NCBI RefSeq assembly: GCF_016433145.1
Contig: NC_058132.1
Span: forward strand, 88,801,392 to 88,865,391
Direction of reading: 5' to 3'
Source of the DNA: Gracilinanus agilis
Taxonomy: Eukaryota
DNA length: 64,000 nucleotides
Position numbers and translations under genes: made by a program. The notes beneath the pieces were generated by a model. The model saw nothing but the letters and a program-made list of their open reading frames with translations. It was not told where the DNA came from and searched no databases. Positions 1 through 12,384 of this stretch are shown here, piece by piece (within the stretch, counting starts at the first letter, position 1; every line of letters starts with the position of its first letter).

Positions 1-467
1 ACACAACACATATAGCGCCAAAGCCAGCTAAAAAGAAATAGAGCAAATTTGGGGCAACCATCGAGTCATTGGCAGCTCTGGGGCCTGTTCCTGAGAGCAG
101 CAAGATTTAGGACCCCAAAAAGCTAATGAACGAACACAAAATCTGAGCGTGGGAACAAGCCGCAGAGAACAGACGCCAGGCGCAGAGCGCGGGCTCAGAG
201 AGCAGGCACAGGCAGAGGCAAGGGTGGAGGCAGACACAGCCATGAGCTAAAGCTCTGAAACCCTGAGTGGGGAACCAGTGCAGACGTGTATACAACTGTG
301 GAAGCAGCGCCCTGAGACTTGTAAAGAAACCTCCAGCAGAGGATGAAGCAAGGGGGTCCACCAGGGGTCTTGACCTTGGAAAAAACCAGAACTCAGACCT
401 CAGGAGCCAAAAGACCGCGGACAGACCCTGAGCTCGAGGATAAACCTGAGAAGCTGCTGGGCTAACG

Positions 468-1532
468 ATGGCTACCCAGTCTCAGGAAGTTCAGAAGAGA
501 AAGATTAACAACAAGAAAAAGAAGTCTTTAACACTTGACAACTTTTACACAGAGAAAATCCAGACAACCGAGCAAACAGAGGAGGAGACCAAACAAGCAC
601 CTGGACCCTCCTCAAATAAGGAAAACTCCTCACAAGCTATGGAAGAGTTCAAAACTGAGATTTTGAGGAAAATGAAAGAGATATGGGAAGAAAATAACTG
701 TTTAAAAGGTAGAATCTTGCAAATGGAAAGTGAGGCTCAGAAACCAAATGAACTGATAAGCAAATTGATCACCAGAAATGACTAGATTGAAAAGGAATAC
801 CAGAAGATTATGGCCGAAAACCAGAAGATCATCGCCGAAAACCGAAAGATTATAGCCGAAAACCAATCCCTAAAGGCTAGAATTGAGCAATTAGAAGCTA
901 ATGAACTCTCAAGACAACAAGAACAAATAAAACAAAGTCAAAAGACTGAAAAAATAGAAGGAAACATGAAATATCTCAATGAGAGAGTGACAGAACAAGA
1001 AAACCAGTCTAGAAGACACAATTTGAGAAAAATTGGTCTTCCAGAAAAACCAGAAATTAATAGAAACCTGGACTCCATACTAACAGAAATAATTCAGCAA
1101 AATTGCCCTGAAGTCCTACAACAAGAGGGCAATATAGACATTGAAAGGATTCATAGAACACCTGTGACATTCGATCCAGAAAAGAAAACACCCAGAAATA
1201 TAATTGCCAAATTCAAGAGTTTCCAAGCAAAAGAAAAAATCTTACAAGAAGCCAGAAAGAAACAATTCAAATATCAAGGAGCACCAATCAGGATCACACA
1301 GGATCTGGCAGCCTCCACGCTAAAAGACCGTAAGGCTTGGAATACGATATTCAGAAAGGCAAGAAAGATGGGCCTGCAACCAAGGATCAACTACCCATCA
1401 AAATTAACTATATATTTCCAGGGGAAAGTATGGGCATTCAACAAAATTGAAGAATTCCAGGTATTTGCACAGAAAAGACCAGGGCTAAATGGAAAGTTTG
1501 ATATCCAACCACAAAAATCGAGAGAAACATGA
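468..1532 (+). pseudogene. L1 ORF1p (coiled coil + RRM + CTD) with one in-frame TAG at 783-785
   Basis: ORFs 468-785 and 810-1532 are in the same frame; motifs NLR.IGLPE, TPRNIIAKF, IRITQDLAASTL, LQPRI.YPSKL. Confidence 0.93.
801..863 (+). repeat. 3 x 21-bp tandem repeat encoding heptads (QKIMAEN QKIIAEN RKIIAEN) in L1 ORF1
   Basis: cagaagattatggccgaaaac / cagaagatcatcgccgaaaac / cgaaagattatagccgaaaac. Confidence 0.9.
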
Positions 1533-2187
1533 AAAGGTAAATAAGATACAGAGGGGAAAGAAAGAAAACTTATAATTTTTAAATTTGCCTTTTTAAGGGC
1601 CTCAGTGAGATCTAATTATCTGTATTCCTATCTAGAGAAATGTTATGTATAATTCTCTGTAGTCAACTCTATTCACTTATAATATTCACTATTATAGTAA
1701 TCAGAAGAATAATTCACAGGGAGAGGGTGGAACACTAAATAATCTAAGATGACATGGGGGATGGGAAAGAGGGGGTGAATAGCAGGGGACACCAAGAGAA
1801 ACTTAAGTGAATACAAAAATAGGATATTCTATTACACACAAAGAGGGCATGGGAGGGAGAGGAGACAAATACTATTATAAGAAGGAGAGGAAGAGAGCAT
1901 TAAGAGGTAATAATCAAACCTTACTCTCAGTGTAATCAACCCTGAGAGGGAAGAGTAGCTATACTATCCATTGGGACATAAAACTCTTATCTAACCCTTC
2001 TGAGAAAGTTAGAAGGGATAAACCAAGGGGAGCAGGGGAGTGGGGAGGTCAAAAAAAGGGAGGGGAGAAGAGGGAGGGAATTCATAAGGCCTTTAAAAAC
2101 AAAAAGAGGGGGAAAGATAAGGGAGGGGGTAGAAAGGGAAGTTAGTCAAGAGAGGGGATAAGGGATAGGGTCTTAATAGCAAACCAC

Positions 2188-3190
2188 TGGGAGAGATTAG
2201 GTCTAGATCAACATCTCACACCCTACACCAAGATAAATTCAGAATGGGTGAATGACTTGAATATAAAGAGGGAAACTATAAACAAGTTAAGTGAACACAG
2301 AATAGTATACTTGTCAGATCTCTGGGGAAGGAAAGACTTTAAAACCAAGCAAAAGTTAGAGAAAATTACAAAATGTAAATTAAATGGTTTTGGTTATATT
2401 ATATTAATTATATTAAACTAAAAAGCTTTTGTACAAACAATGTAGTCAAAATCAGAAGGGAAACAACAAATTGGGAAAAAATCTTTACAACGAAAAACTC
2501 TGACAGGGGTCTAATTACTCAAATATACAAGGAGTTAAAGCAATTGTATAAAAAATCAAGCCATTCCCCAGTTGATAAATGGGCAAGAGACATGAATAGG
2601 CAATTTTCAGGTAAAGAAATCAAAAGTATCAATAAGTACATGGGAAAGTGTTCCAAATCTCTAATAATTAGAGAAATGCAAATCAAAATAACTCTGAGGT
2701 ATCACCTCACACCTAGCAGATTGGCTAAAATGAAAGAAGGGGAGAGTAATGAATGTTGGAGGGGATGTGGCAAAATTGGGACATTAATGCATTGCTGGTG
2801 GAGCTGTGAACTGATCCAGCCATTCTGACTGGCAGTTTGGAACTATGCTCAAAGGGCTATAATAGAATGCCTGCCCTTTGATCCAGCCATACCATTGTTG
2901 GGTTTGTACCCCAAAGAGATCATAGATAAACAGACTTGTATGAAAATATTTATAACTGTGCTTTTTGTGGTGGCAACAAATTTGAAAAGGTGGGTATGTC
3001 CTTCAATTGGGGAATGGCTGAACAAACTGTGGTATATGCGGGTGATGGAATACTATTGTGCTAAAAGGAATAATAAACTGGAGGAGTTCCAGGCGAACTG
3101 GAGAGACCTCCGGGAACAGATGCAGAGCGAAAGGAGCAGAGCCAGAAGAACATTGTACACAGAGACTGATATACTATGGTAAAATTGAAT
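2188..3190 (+). pseudogene. C-terminal fragment of L1 ORF2 with frameshifts; EN and RT domains absent
   Basis: Translated fragments [31 protein letters not shown] are typical of the post-RT part of ORF2. Confidence 0.9.
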
Positions 3191-5014
3191 GTAATGGACC
3201 TCTGTACCAGCAGCAATACAATGACCCAGGACAATTCTGAGGGATTTATGGTAAAGAATGCTACCCACATTCAGAGGAAGGACTGCAGGAGAGGAAACCT
3301 ATGAGAAAAACAACTGCTTGAACGCATGGGTTGTGGTGGACATGATTGAGGGTGTGGACTCGAAACTACCACACCAATGCAACTACCAACAATTTGGAAA
3401 TTGGTCTTGATCAAGGACACATGACAAAACTAGTGGAAATGTGCATGGCCATGGGTGGGGGGGTTGCGGGGGGGGGGGGAAGGGGAAAGGAGGAGCATGA
3501 ATCATGTAACCATGTTAAAAATGAATATTAATAAATGTTTGAAAAAAATAGGAAAATTTTCCAGTTTCTCACTTAATTGCTAATTGTTTTTATGTTTTGA
3601 TCACTTTAATTCTGATTTTGCAGTTCCTTGCCACCCTTTACCCCAGAGACAATTTATTTCCCATTTGCCATACAATCTCTTCACCTAATCCATGCCATTT
3701 TACGTTTTGAATTAGTCCTAAGAGCTCTGATTTCCTTTCTCCTCAGGAAGAATAAGTATTCAGAATTCCAAATCTTTGCAGATGTTACTCATGTCAAAAT
3801 TCTTTTCTTTATTTATATCGCATGTACTTTTCTCCAATTTCTTCAGTTTTCCCACCACTAAAATTATATCTCTCCCTTCCTACCCCAATTTAAGTCCTTC
3901 TTTTTAATCTTTACCAATTTTTTTCTGTGGATTTTCTTCATTACAAGAGACTACAGGATATTCATCATTCTTTAATATCAATCTTTGTCTTATAAGTATA
4001 AATGATATTTTCTCCTCTATCTTCTACCCACCTTCTCCACTTTTATATAATTTCCCATTAGTAATGTATTCCATTTTATACACCCTGCAACCAATTCACT
4101 TGTAGGTGGAGGTTTATAATATGATGTTTCAGACCTGTTTCTCAATAATCACTTCTATTTGATTTCTGATTTCATCATTACTTCATCTTGAAGTTTAAGT
4201 AATAAAATTAAAATTAATTAATTTTATTAATTTTAATTTTATTTCATTGTTATTTTACTGTTATTGTTCCTATTATTTTTGAGGTCTTTGCTAACTTGGT
4301 AAGTGTCCTTATCTTTTTAGTTTAGTGGTAATTTCTCACTACTATTATTTATCAGTGCCTTACTTGGTTTTTATATTTGCTTACTTATTTTTGAATTTCT
4401 ATTAGCTGAATTTTTGCAAGGAAAATTATTCGCTCAGAATTAGTTATTTTTATAGGAATGTTTCACATGCTGTGTGGAGGTTTGCAACTGTTCATTCAGT
4501 TCACCTGTATGGAGTCGGGTTTTGCTCAGTCCCATGGAGGCTGGATCTTGTTTAACTTATTTCTTCCCACTTCTGTCCTTGATGAGTCATGTCTGCTTCT
4601 ATTTTGGCTGGATTATGGAGGGCTCTTTTAATGCTACAGTTGCCTCTACTATATTTTGTTGGTTTCTGCTCTTATCCTTCTGACACTGGACCAAGTTGGT
4701 ATATTGTGTCTGAGTTCCTCTGAGGCTTAGGCAGTGCTCCCTCCTTGTACTCAGTGAGATGAGTCCTCCTTGCTTTCTCTATCATGTTCTAGGTAAGAGC
4801 ACCACTTCACTCCTTCATGTGTTGGTTATGCCACTACTGTATTTGTTTTGAGTCATTTTTGTTTTTCTATGGTCTTTTGGAGGATGATTAGCTGACTATG
4901 AATGTTTCTTACTTCTCTATCTTGGCCTGATCTGCTGCGACTACTGCTGCTATCAAACTTGAGGGATTAAAAAAAATGTAAAGTACCTATTAAAACCAAA
5001 AGTAAACATCACAA

Positions 5015-7390
5015 TGTAGGATTTAATTTAATGTCCAATACTCCAAGTATTATATTTTATAATGTTTATTAATAATCACTTAAGGTAAAGGAATAAAAAG
5101 GAAATAGAAATAAAAAACTAATTATCTAACAATATTTAAACCACATGAGCAAGTTCTCTTGCTTCTCACTTTACCTCAACTGCACAGTGTGTTATCACCA
5201 AAAGAGAGAGGCAAAATTTATATTTATACCCCAAATTTATATCCTCCCTTCATCAGCATGTAACGTGAGAAGGAACATGGGATGCTGGGAATTGTAGATT
5301 TTAGGGTAACAGATTCTAATTACACAATCCCCCCTATGATTCCATGGGAATCAAGCATGTAGAAATCTCCCAGATTTACATGTCTAGTTTCCCCACAGAA
5401 TCAGTACACATTATCAACTTATATCTCTAAAGATCGATAACTAGAGGTACATAAAACATTGTACTTTCTAAGGGGGAAATTATAAGAATTTGGGGATAAG
5501 AGGGAAAATAAAAAAAGAAAACAGAAACAATGATTGCTAGGCACATTGACAATAAAACAAACAAACAAAAAAATTAGGGGAAAGTCCCTTTTGGCATAAG
5601 AATGTACATACAAAATAAATGCATTCAACCCCACCACAGTTCAATTTCACTACATCTCAGTGTTCATTCTGGATCTTTTTTTGCAGTATATGGTTTCTGC
5701 AGGCATCTCCATGGCACCTTCTTCAAACAGTTCATTTTCTTAATTCAGGGAGGTAGCAAGTTTCTTATCCTAAAATTACTCTCGAACAAGAAAAAAAAAT
5801 TTATAAAACTAAAATTTTATGACAATTACATAGTACCCCTGAGGTGGATGTTGACAAACACAAGGATCACTCAGAGATACATGTTTGATGGAGTCCATCC
5901 ATCATCATCTATGTGACGATTAACAAAGGCAAAAAGGAACAAAGGACATTTAGGCAACATGTGACCTGGTGACAAACCCAGCATCCATAAGGACCTATGG
6001 TTTTGCCCCAGAAAAGGGTTTACACAAGTATTTTTTATGAATTTTTACAATGGTATTTTCTCCAGTTCCATCATAGGGGCAGGTACAAATAAAGAGAATA
6101 TAACAGCACATATAGCTAATAGCCAAAACACAATAACCAAAAATGACAGTGTAACAGAAGATATTAGATTAGATTAATATGTGAACTTAAAAAACAAAAT
6201 TAAATCATAAAACAATCAGAAAATACAATATATGTGACAGAATACAGGCACTGAATTCAAGAGTCCTTTTCTCCAATTCTAATAGCTGCATTACAGAGAC
6301 TTCTTCACTATTTGAAGTTCACAAACTAGAACATTTGCCAATGGAGTCTGAAAAGCTAAAGATTCACCTCCAGACTCTTTAAGGTTCCTTCCCCTCCCCA
6401 GTATCATCATTTATCTAGATTCCTTAGGTCACACCTCTGGGGTTCCCTATACCCACACTGGGCATAGTATGGACAATTTTAGGTGTGTTTCAGAGACTGA
6501 GCAGGCCAAAATGGGAAGGAGGCATAGAGAGATGAATCTCCCCACTGAATCTCGGAATTTCTCAAGGTAATTGTAAGGACAAGTGTACCCAGGAACAGTA
6601 GTAAGAAAAGACACACACACCAAAACTTTGAGCTGTGCAACCTCTGTAATGCTCTCCCAGAATGGGAGCTATTTGAAATAGGCAGGAAACCTGGCCATGC
6701 TTAAAATTCTATTTATTAAATTGGTTGAAAATCTACTTCCTGTCTGTAAGTAGCTCTAGCCTAGTTATGTACTGACTAGGAGTAAAGACCTCAGAAGGCT
6801 AGTAGATGGAGACATGCCCCAATCAGGCCTTTGAATAGAGAGCTGCCAAAATGCTTTTAGCCTGATGCTAAGTTAGTGAGCAAAAACAAAAGCTTTAAAT
6901 TTTAGGCACAGTGAAGGTAAAAACTCCTCAGAGCAGCTTAGATGAGCTAGTATGGGAGAGCAAAAAGGGTTTAAATGGCTACCACACTAGAGGCCCAAGT
7001 GAGGGTTTAGGAAAGGTCTTAAAGAGAGAGCAAATTTCCAGGCATAAGATAAGACTAAACTTATCAATTTAATCTAATAATTAATGACTTCTAATAACAA
7101 AAAATAAACCGAGCTGAAATTATTAACTTTCTCCAATACTCTGGAATTCTGGGTTACAAGATGGTAGCTTCCCCCAGGTGAAAGGAATCAGGAAGGTTAG
7201 AGGTTAATTGTGGCTTACCAGGCTGCAGTGAATAAGCACTCGGCTGTTAGCAAAGTAAGGAAAAGAGGGATTTATACTTAATACTCCCAGAAAGTGGCTC
7301 TCAAGGACTCCCCAGTTTGTGTGTTCAAGAGACACAGCTTCAGGCTCACAGCAACAACAGCAGGAACAGGAATATGCTTTGTGAAATAAC
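5015..7390 (-). mobile_element. LTR retroelement remnant: 3' LTR (5015-5326) plus non-coding internal region; 5' LTR not found
   Basis: Minus-strand LTR TGTGTAATT...AATAAA...AAATCCTACA, preceded by purine tract (c)ATAGGGGGAT; internal block 5578-5800 is an inverted homolog of 11625-11850. Confidence 0.7.
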
Positions 7391-7439
7391 ATTTTCTTTT
7401 AGACAGCTACATGTATAAGAGAGCTAGGACCTGATGGGA

Positions 7440-8500
7440 TTGATTTGAAAGTAGATTCAGATAACAATATTCTTATTTGGCTATACCTTGGTATAGTCAT
7501 GAATTTGACCAAGTTTCTTTATAAATCTGTTGTTTACAATATTTTCTCCTTAACCTCAAAGCTATGGAATTTGGCTATAATATTCCTGGGAGTCATCCTT
7601 TTGAAATCTCTTCCAGATGATAATTGATGGATCCTTTCAACTTCTATTTTGTCTTATGGTTCTAGAATATCAGGGATGTTTTCTTTGATGATTGCTAGAA
7701 AGATGACATCTAAGCTCTTTTTTGGTCATGGTTTTCAGGTAGTCCAATAATTCTCACACTATTTCCCTTCAATTTATTTTTCCAGATCAGTTATTTTCCT
7801 CATGAAATATTTCATATTTTCTTCTATTTTTGACTTTTTAACTTTTTTATGGAGTAATTAGCTTCCATTTGCCTGACTAATTTTTAAAGCATGACTTTTT
7901 GAGTGAGTTTTTGTACCTCCTTTTCCATTTGTCCAATTCTACTTTGGAAAGAGTTCTTTTCCTCAGTGAATTTTTGTGCCTCTTTTTTCCAAAGGGCCAA
8001 ATCTGTCTTTCAAGAATATTTATCTTCAGTGTATTTTTGTATATCTTTTCCCATTTGGCCAATGCTGCTTTTTAAGAAGTACTCTTTCCTTTTTAGGTCT
8101 CTTTTACCAATTGGTCTATTCTGTTTTTTTAAGATGTTAATTAAGACTAAACGACCACCCTAGTGCAATTATCAATAATATGGAAATAGGTCTTGATTGA
8201 TGACACAGGAAGAAACCAGTGGAAATGAACTTTGGTTATAGGAGGGGGGAGGGCTAGGGAGGGAAGAGTAAGAACATGAATCATATAACCATGGAAAATT
8301 TTTTTCTAAAAAATAAAATTTAAATTAAAAAAAGATATTAATTTCTTCAGTATTTTTTGTACTTCCTTTTCCAAGCTATTGACCCTTTTTACATGATTTT
8401 CATGTTTCACTCATTTCTTTTTCCAACTTTTTTCTACTTCTCTTATTTTATTTTAAAAATGCTTTTTGAATTCTTCCATTCTTTTTTGGGTTTGAGAGGC
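7440..8500 (-). mobile_element. Old L1 ORF1 region, interrupted by an L1 3' tip at 8150-8335; continues at 12950-13690
   Basis: Reverse complement matches marsupial L1 ORF1 (NLRIIGLPE-type segment, A-rich coiled-coil region). Confidence 0.75.
8150..8335 (+). mobile_element. 5'-truncated L1 3'UTR tip
   Basis: aataatatggaaataggtcttga...aagaacatgaatcat.taaccatggaaaa + A tail; same motif ends L1s at 3390-3548 and 14870-15040. Confidence 0.8.
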
Positions 8501-9388
8501 TTTGGATATAGCAATATTAAATTTGTAAGATTTAAAATTAGATTTGACTCAGTACGAGAGTTATAAAACTGAGATTTTCGTTGCCATTTATAAAATATTA
8601 GCCCTTAAGACAAAAACGACTGTTAGCAGCTTTTATTTACAACAAGGTAAAGATATTGAAAGTGGGAAATATAGGAAGGAGACAGAGCCTTGTGTAGCCT
8701 ACTAGCCTAAGTGCTCCTTTGGTGAAGTCTGGCTCAGCCCCTGGCAAGGGATTCCCCAAGTCCTAATCTCCATGTGGAAGTCCTGGTGGTGTCTTCAGTC
8801 AGAAATTCACCAACACAAACCTCTTCCTTTACCTCCAGTCACTCACCCAGCAAGCTTCTCCAGCATAGAAAGCTCGAGTCAATGACAATTCTAGGACAAA
8901 GTGACTGCCTACCAGAGTCTCCCTTCAGCACAGCTCATCTAGGCAGAGTGCTTGAATCAGTCCTTGGGCTTGGCCTTTTATAGCCCTTTTTCCACATCAC
9001 TTCCTGTCCCCCCCCTCTCCTCACAGGAACCAATCAAATTCCTTCAATTTGCCTAGCACTGCCCAGGGGGCAGTGTCTGTGGGATCCACCTCCCATCCTC
9101 TGAGGCTATGAACTGTGTATAAATGGAGATTTTGAACCTTGGATTTAATCCCCCATAAGTCCTTAATTTTCCAAAATCCCCTTTAATCATCCTGCGCCTC
9201 CACGTTAGCAAGGTCACATTATTGTTTTATAGTTGGCTGTAACTCCTCCCTCTCTCTCTTTGGTTCCTGGGAGTGAGCTGTTTAGTACCTTTTAGTTAGT
9301 CTCTTTTGTTAGTTTATTATTAATAAAAATATTTATAAATATAATATTTAGTATTTTGGTATATTAATTTTAATCTTCACATTATGGC

Positions 9389-10143
9389 TGTAAGGATGGA
9401 ATTTGTGCAAGGTGAATGGGACAGTAGGAGTCAGAGAAGGAGTGGCTGACAGGTTGTGACAGTTGGCAACAGTTGAGACCAGAGAGAATTCTGGGTAATT
9501 CTCTGAAGGAGGAAGGAGAAAGAGGGTTTCTGGCTGGGGACTGGGGGAGGAAGGAAGTGAATATCTCCCCTTGGATCCAGTCCTGAGGGCTTCCTGAAAA
9601 TCTTTCTTTGGACATTGAAACCTCAATTCCCTGGTCAAAGGCATCCCATTGCTTCTCACCCCTCAAAACTTAAACCGAGTGAGCTAAGTTTTGGTACTCC
9701 ATTTTGGGAACAATCTCTTAGGCTCCTTCCCCCATTACCCAGCCTTGCTGAGAGACCCGTTCAGGTTTGACTTGCAATTATAGAAAAGGATAGAAATAGG
9801 AAATAAATATAGAAACAGAAGGAGAATAGGCAAGGGAAGTGATGGACCCAATAGAAATAGAGAAGAGGGCATCCCCAAATCCCTCTGCCCTTCACCCCTT
9901 TTAGTAACCCATGAATTACAAAGAATAAAACCATTCATTAGTCAGATAGTGTTCCAGAGTGCCTGAGAGAAAAGGGGGAGGGAATCACAGCTTGGTCTGG
10001 CTGCCTCCATCTTGAAGCCAGACCACCTGCTGTGAAGTTGGTTGACCTTGCGGGAGGCTTGAGTGAACCCCACCCTAATTCAGAATTGGATTGGGGTCCC
10101 CCATACCTCGTCTTATAGGGAAGCCTCGTCCCCAACTCCTGCA
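9389..10143. mobile_element. LTR-like element (TGTAAGG...CCTGCA) sitting at the PBS of the 9116 element
   Basis: TG..CA termini; AATAAA near 9924; no clean TSD. Confidence 0.55.
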
Positions 10144-10380
10144 GGGTGGCATGACCATCCAGGTCACCCAGTTTTGGGGTGACACCCCCTCAAAATCTCT
10201 ATAGTGTATATTTGTCAGGAGGGGAGAGCTAGAAGAGAGTCTCATCTCTCAGACTCTCTTTCTATCTCCCATTCTATCATAACATTGTTCAGCTCTCTCT
10301 CATTATTATATGGCTAACCACAATGTGATAAAATTCTCAATTTTTTAAAAATAGATTTTCAATACAGTTAGTAAGTTTGC

Positions 10381-10411
10381 CTGAGAGCTGAGAGCTGAGA
10401 GCTGAGAGCTG
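10381..10411 (+). repeat. (CTGAGAG)4 tandem repeat in the ERV leader
   Basis: ctgagagctgagagctgagagctgagagctg. Confidence 0.9.
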
Positions 10412-12000
10412 GGGTTTCCCTTTCTCACCCTATGCTCCTATGGTTTTTTTCTTCATTGGCAACTCAGCCCATCTGCTTTCACCCCATCTCAGCCACTGCA
10501 GACTCTGCCCACCAGCCTGAAGGCTGCCTGCTTTTGCTGCTGTTGCCTTTTCACAGCCATCTGCTTGAGCCATCATCCCTCATTGCTCCCCTCCCAGCCT
10601 GCAGCCTGCTAATCTGAACTGTTTTTTTGGCGATGGAAGGGTGAGAACCCAATCCCTTCCCCTACTCCACGTGAGTTTTCCAGCCTGAGCTACCATTTTT
10701 TAAGCCAAATTCTTAAGCTGACCAAGTTTAAAAAGGAAATTGGATCCTATTTTTTAGGTGAGAAACCTTTCACTGATTCTAAGATATATACTTTTGATTT
10801 TTAAAACATTTTTTATTTTATTTTTCCCTTGTATGTACAATACAGTTTTTAATTTCTTTTTCTCTCATTTTTAAACTTGAACATTATCAATATTAATCTT
10901 TTCTTAATTTGCAGTAATATAAGATTAAAATACATTTGTTCTAATATTAATGCATACTAAAAAGGCTTTAAACTATAGAATAATGCCATTGATAGTTTAA
11001 ATAGTTATGAGACTTTGCTTAACGATTCTGTCTGATTCTAGAAGAGTATTTAAAAAGAGCCACTGGACAATGCTAAAGAACCACAAAGCCAACCTGCATA
11101 GTGCTAAGTGAGCACAAGGTCAAAGAGACCAACCAATCCCAGTGGGATTGATGTAATTTTGAGCCAAGACAAGAGGACTTGAACTTGTTTGGTGTTTGAG
11201 GTTGTGGTGCTTAACATATGTTAAGTTGCAGGACTTCCTCTGAACCACATTATATCCAAGCACCTCATCCTGGCTACCATTCTGGCTCCTATAATCTAGT
11301 CCCTTTTCTGTCTTCTATCTGTGGCAAACTCTCTGTAGTTCTGGCTACTGATTGGGTAAGTCCATAATTACTTAAATCACTTTAATTAGGCCCTGATTCA
11401 AGGACCTGTTATAGTTTTATTTTTTCTTTACTAAAAAAGATTTTTTAGACATAAGAATTTAATATTTTATATTTCATCTACAAGTTATTTTTTTCCTCTT
11501 TTATGTGGATTTTTAATTTCTTTTGCAATTGATTCATATACCTTATAACTTAACCATGTATCCCTGAATGATCCCAGTTTGTTATTATTTTCCTGAGGGG
11601 CAACTTTGTTATTGTTGTAAACTTTTATTTGAATTTAGGAAATTTTAGGATGAGAAATTCACTACTTCTAGGAATCCAGACAACAAACCTGTTTGGAGAA
11701 GGTGCCATGAAGATGCCTGCAAAGACCACATACTGCATCAGGAAGATCCAGAATTGAACTTTGCGATGTGAATTTGAACTTTGGTGGGGATGGGGTTGAA
11801 GGCATTTATTTTGAATGTATACTTTTATGCTAAAGGGGACTGCTCCCATGTCAAGATCTATTTATTATCTCTGGTAATGACAGCTTAGTTGATAAAAAAA
11901 TTAATGGGGCACGGGAGATAATCTTGACTGTTAACTCATAACTGCTTCTCTGAAGTGCCATTGAGTCACAAGTTTATTGTATATGAAAATTCAAACTCCC

Positions 12001-12384
12001 TTTCACCCACAAGCACAGAAAGTTTCCCATAGCTGTGCAGACCTGCATTTTTAACATAGACAATGCAACAGACTTAGAAACTTCAAGGTGAAGATAAGAA
12101 CCAGACTGGACCTTCAGCTGTATGATTATCAGCAAGCTAAGTGTGAGAATACTTTTCTCAGGGGCAAATGCCCCAGATAACTAAGGTTTTGGCCTTGGCT
12201 GCATTTCTGACCAAAGGGGAAGAATGTTAATCTCTTGACTACTGGTTTGCTAAGAGCTTAAAACTTTTCAATAAGGCTACAATACTTTTCAACAAGAAAA
12301 AGGTATGGATCACAAAAAGGGTCAAAAGAGGAGTCTCAGATTTTTATCTATTTGAGATTTTGTTTCTCTTATTGGCTTCCCACA
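12001..12384 (+). mobile_element. Nested solo LTR with 5-bp TSD CTCCC
   Basis: CTCCC at 11996-12000 and 12385-12389; ends GGCTTCCCACA; last ~130 bp match 37720-37849; the 5' TG reads TT. Confidence 0.7.

Larger units (their letters stand above)
1..3548 (+). mobile_element. Young marsupial L1 (LINE-1): 5'UTR (begins before window), ORF1, purine-rich inter-ORF spacer, only the C-terminal part of ORF2, 3'UTR, short A tail
   Basis: CpG-retaining 5'UTR; ORF1 at 468-1532; ORF2 resumes at 2188 as WERLGLDQHLTPYTKINSEW and runs to the Cys-rich C-terminus ([16 protein letters not shown]); G-rich tract 3452-3487; AATAAA 3530-3535, then A-rich tail. Confidence 0.95.

Noticed and set aside
3452-3487. G-quadruplex-prone tract (also 2025-2075)
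   Set aside because: Normal G-rich L1 3'UTR/spacer feature, not locus-specific
8521-8524. ATTT on both sides of LTR A as a TSD
   Set aside because: It overlaps the TG/CA termini, so it cannot be counted as a true duplication
12261-12269. AAACTTTTC, the motif reported in the class I OR J-element (also reverse at 18158-18166)
   Set aside because: Both hits lie inside transposons, without surrounding HD/OE clusters
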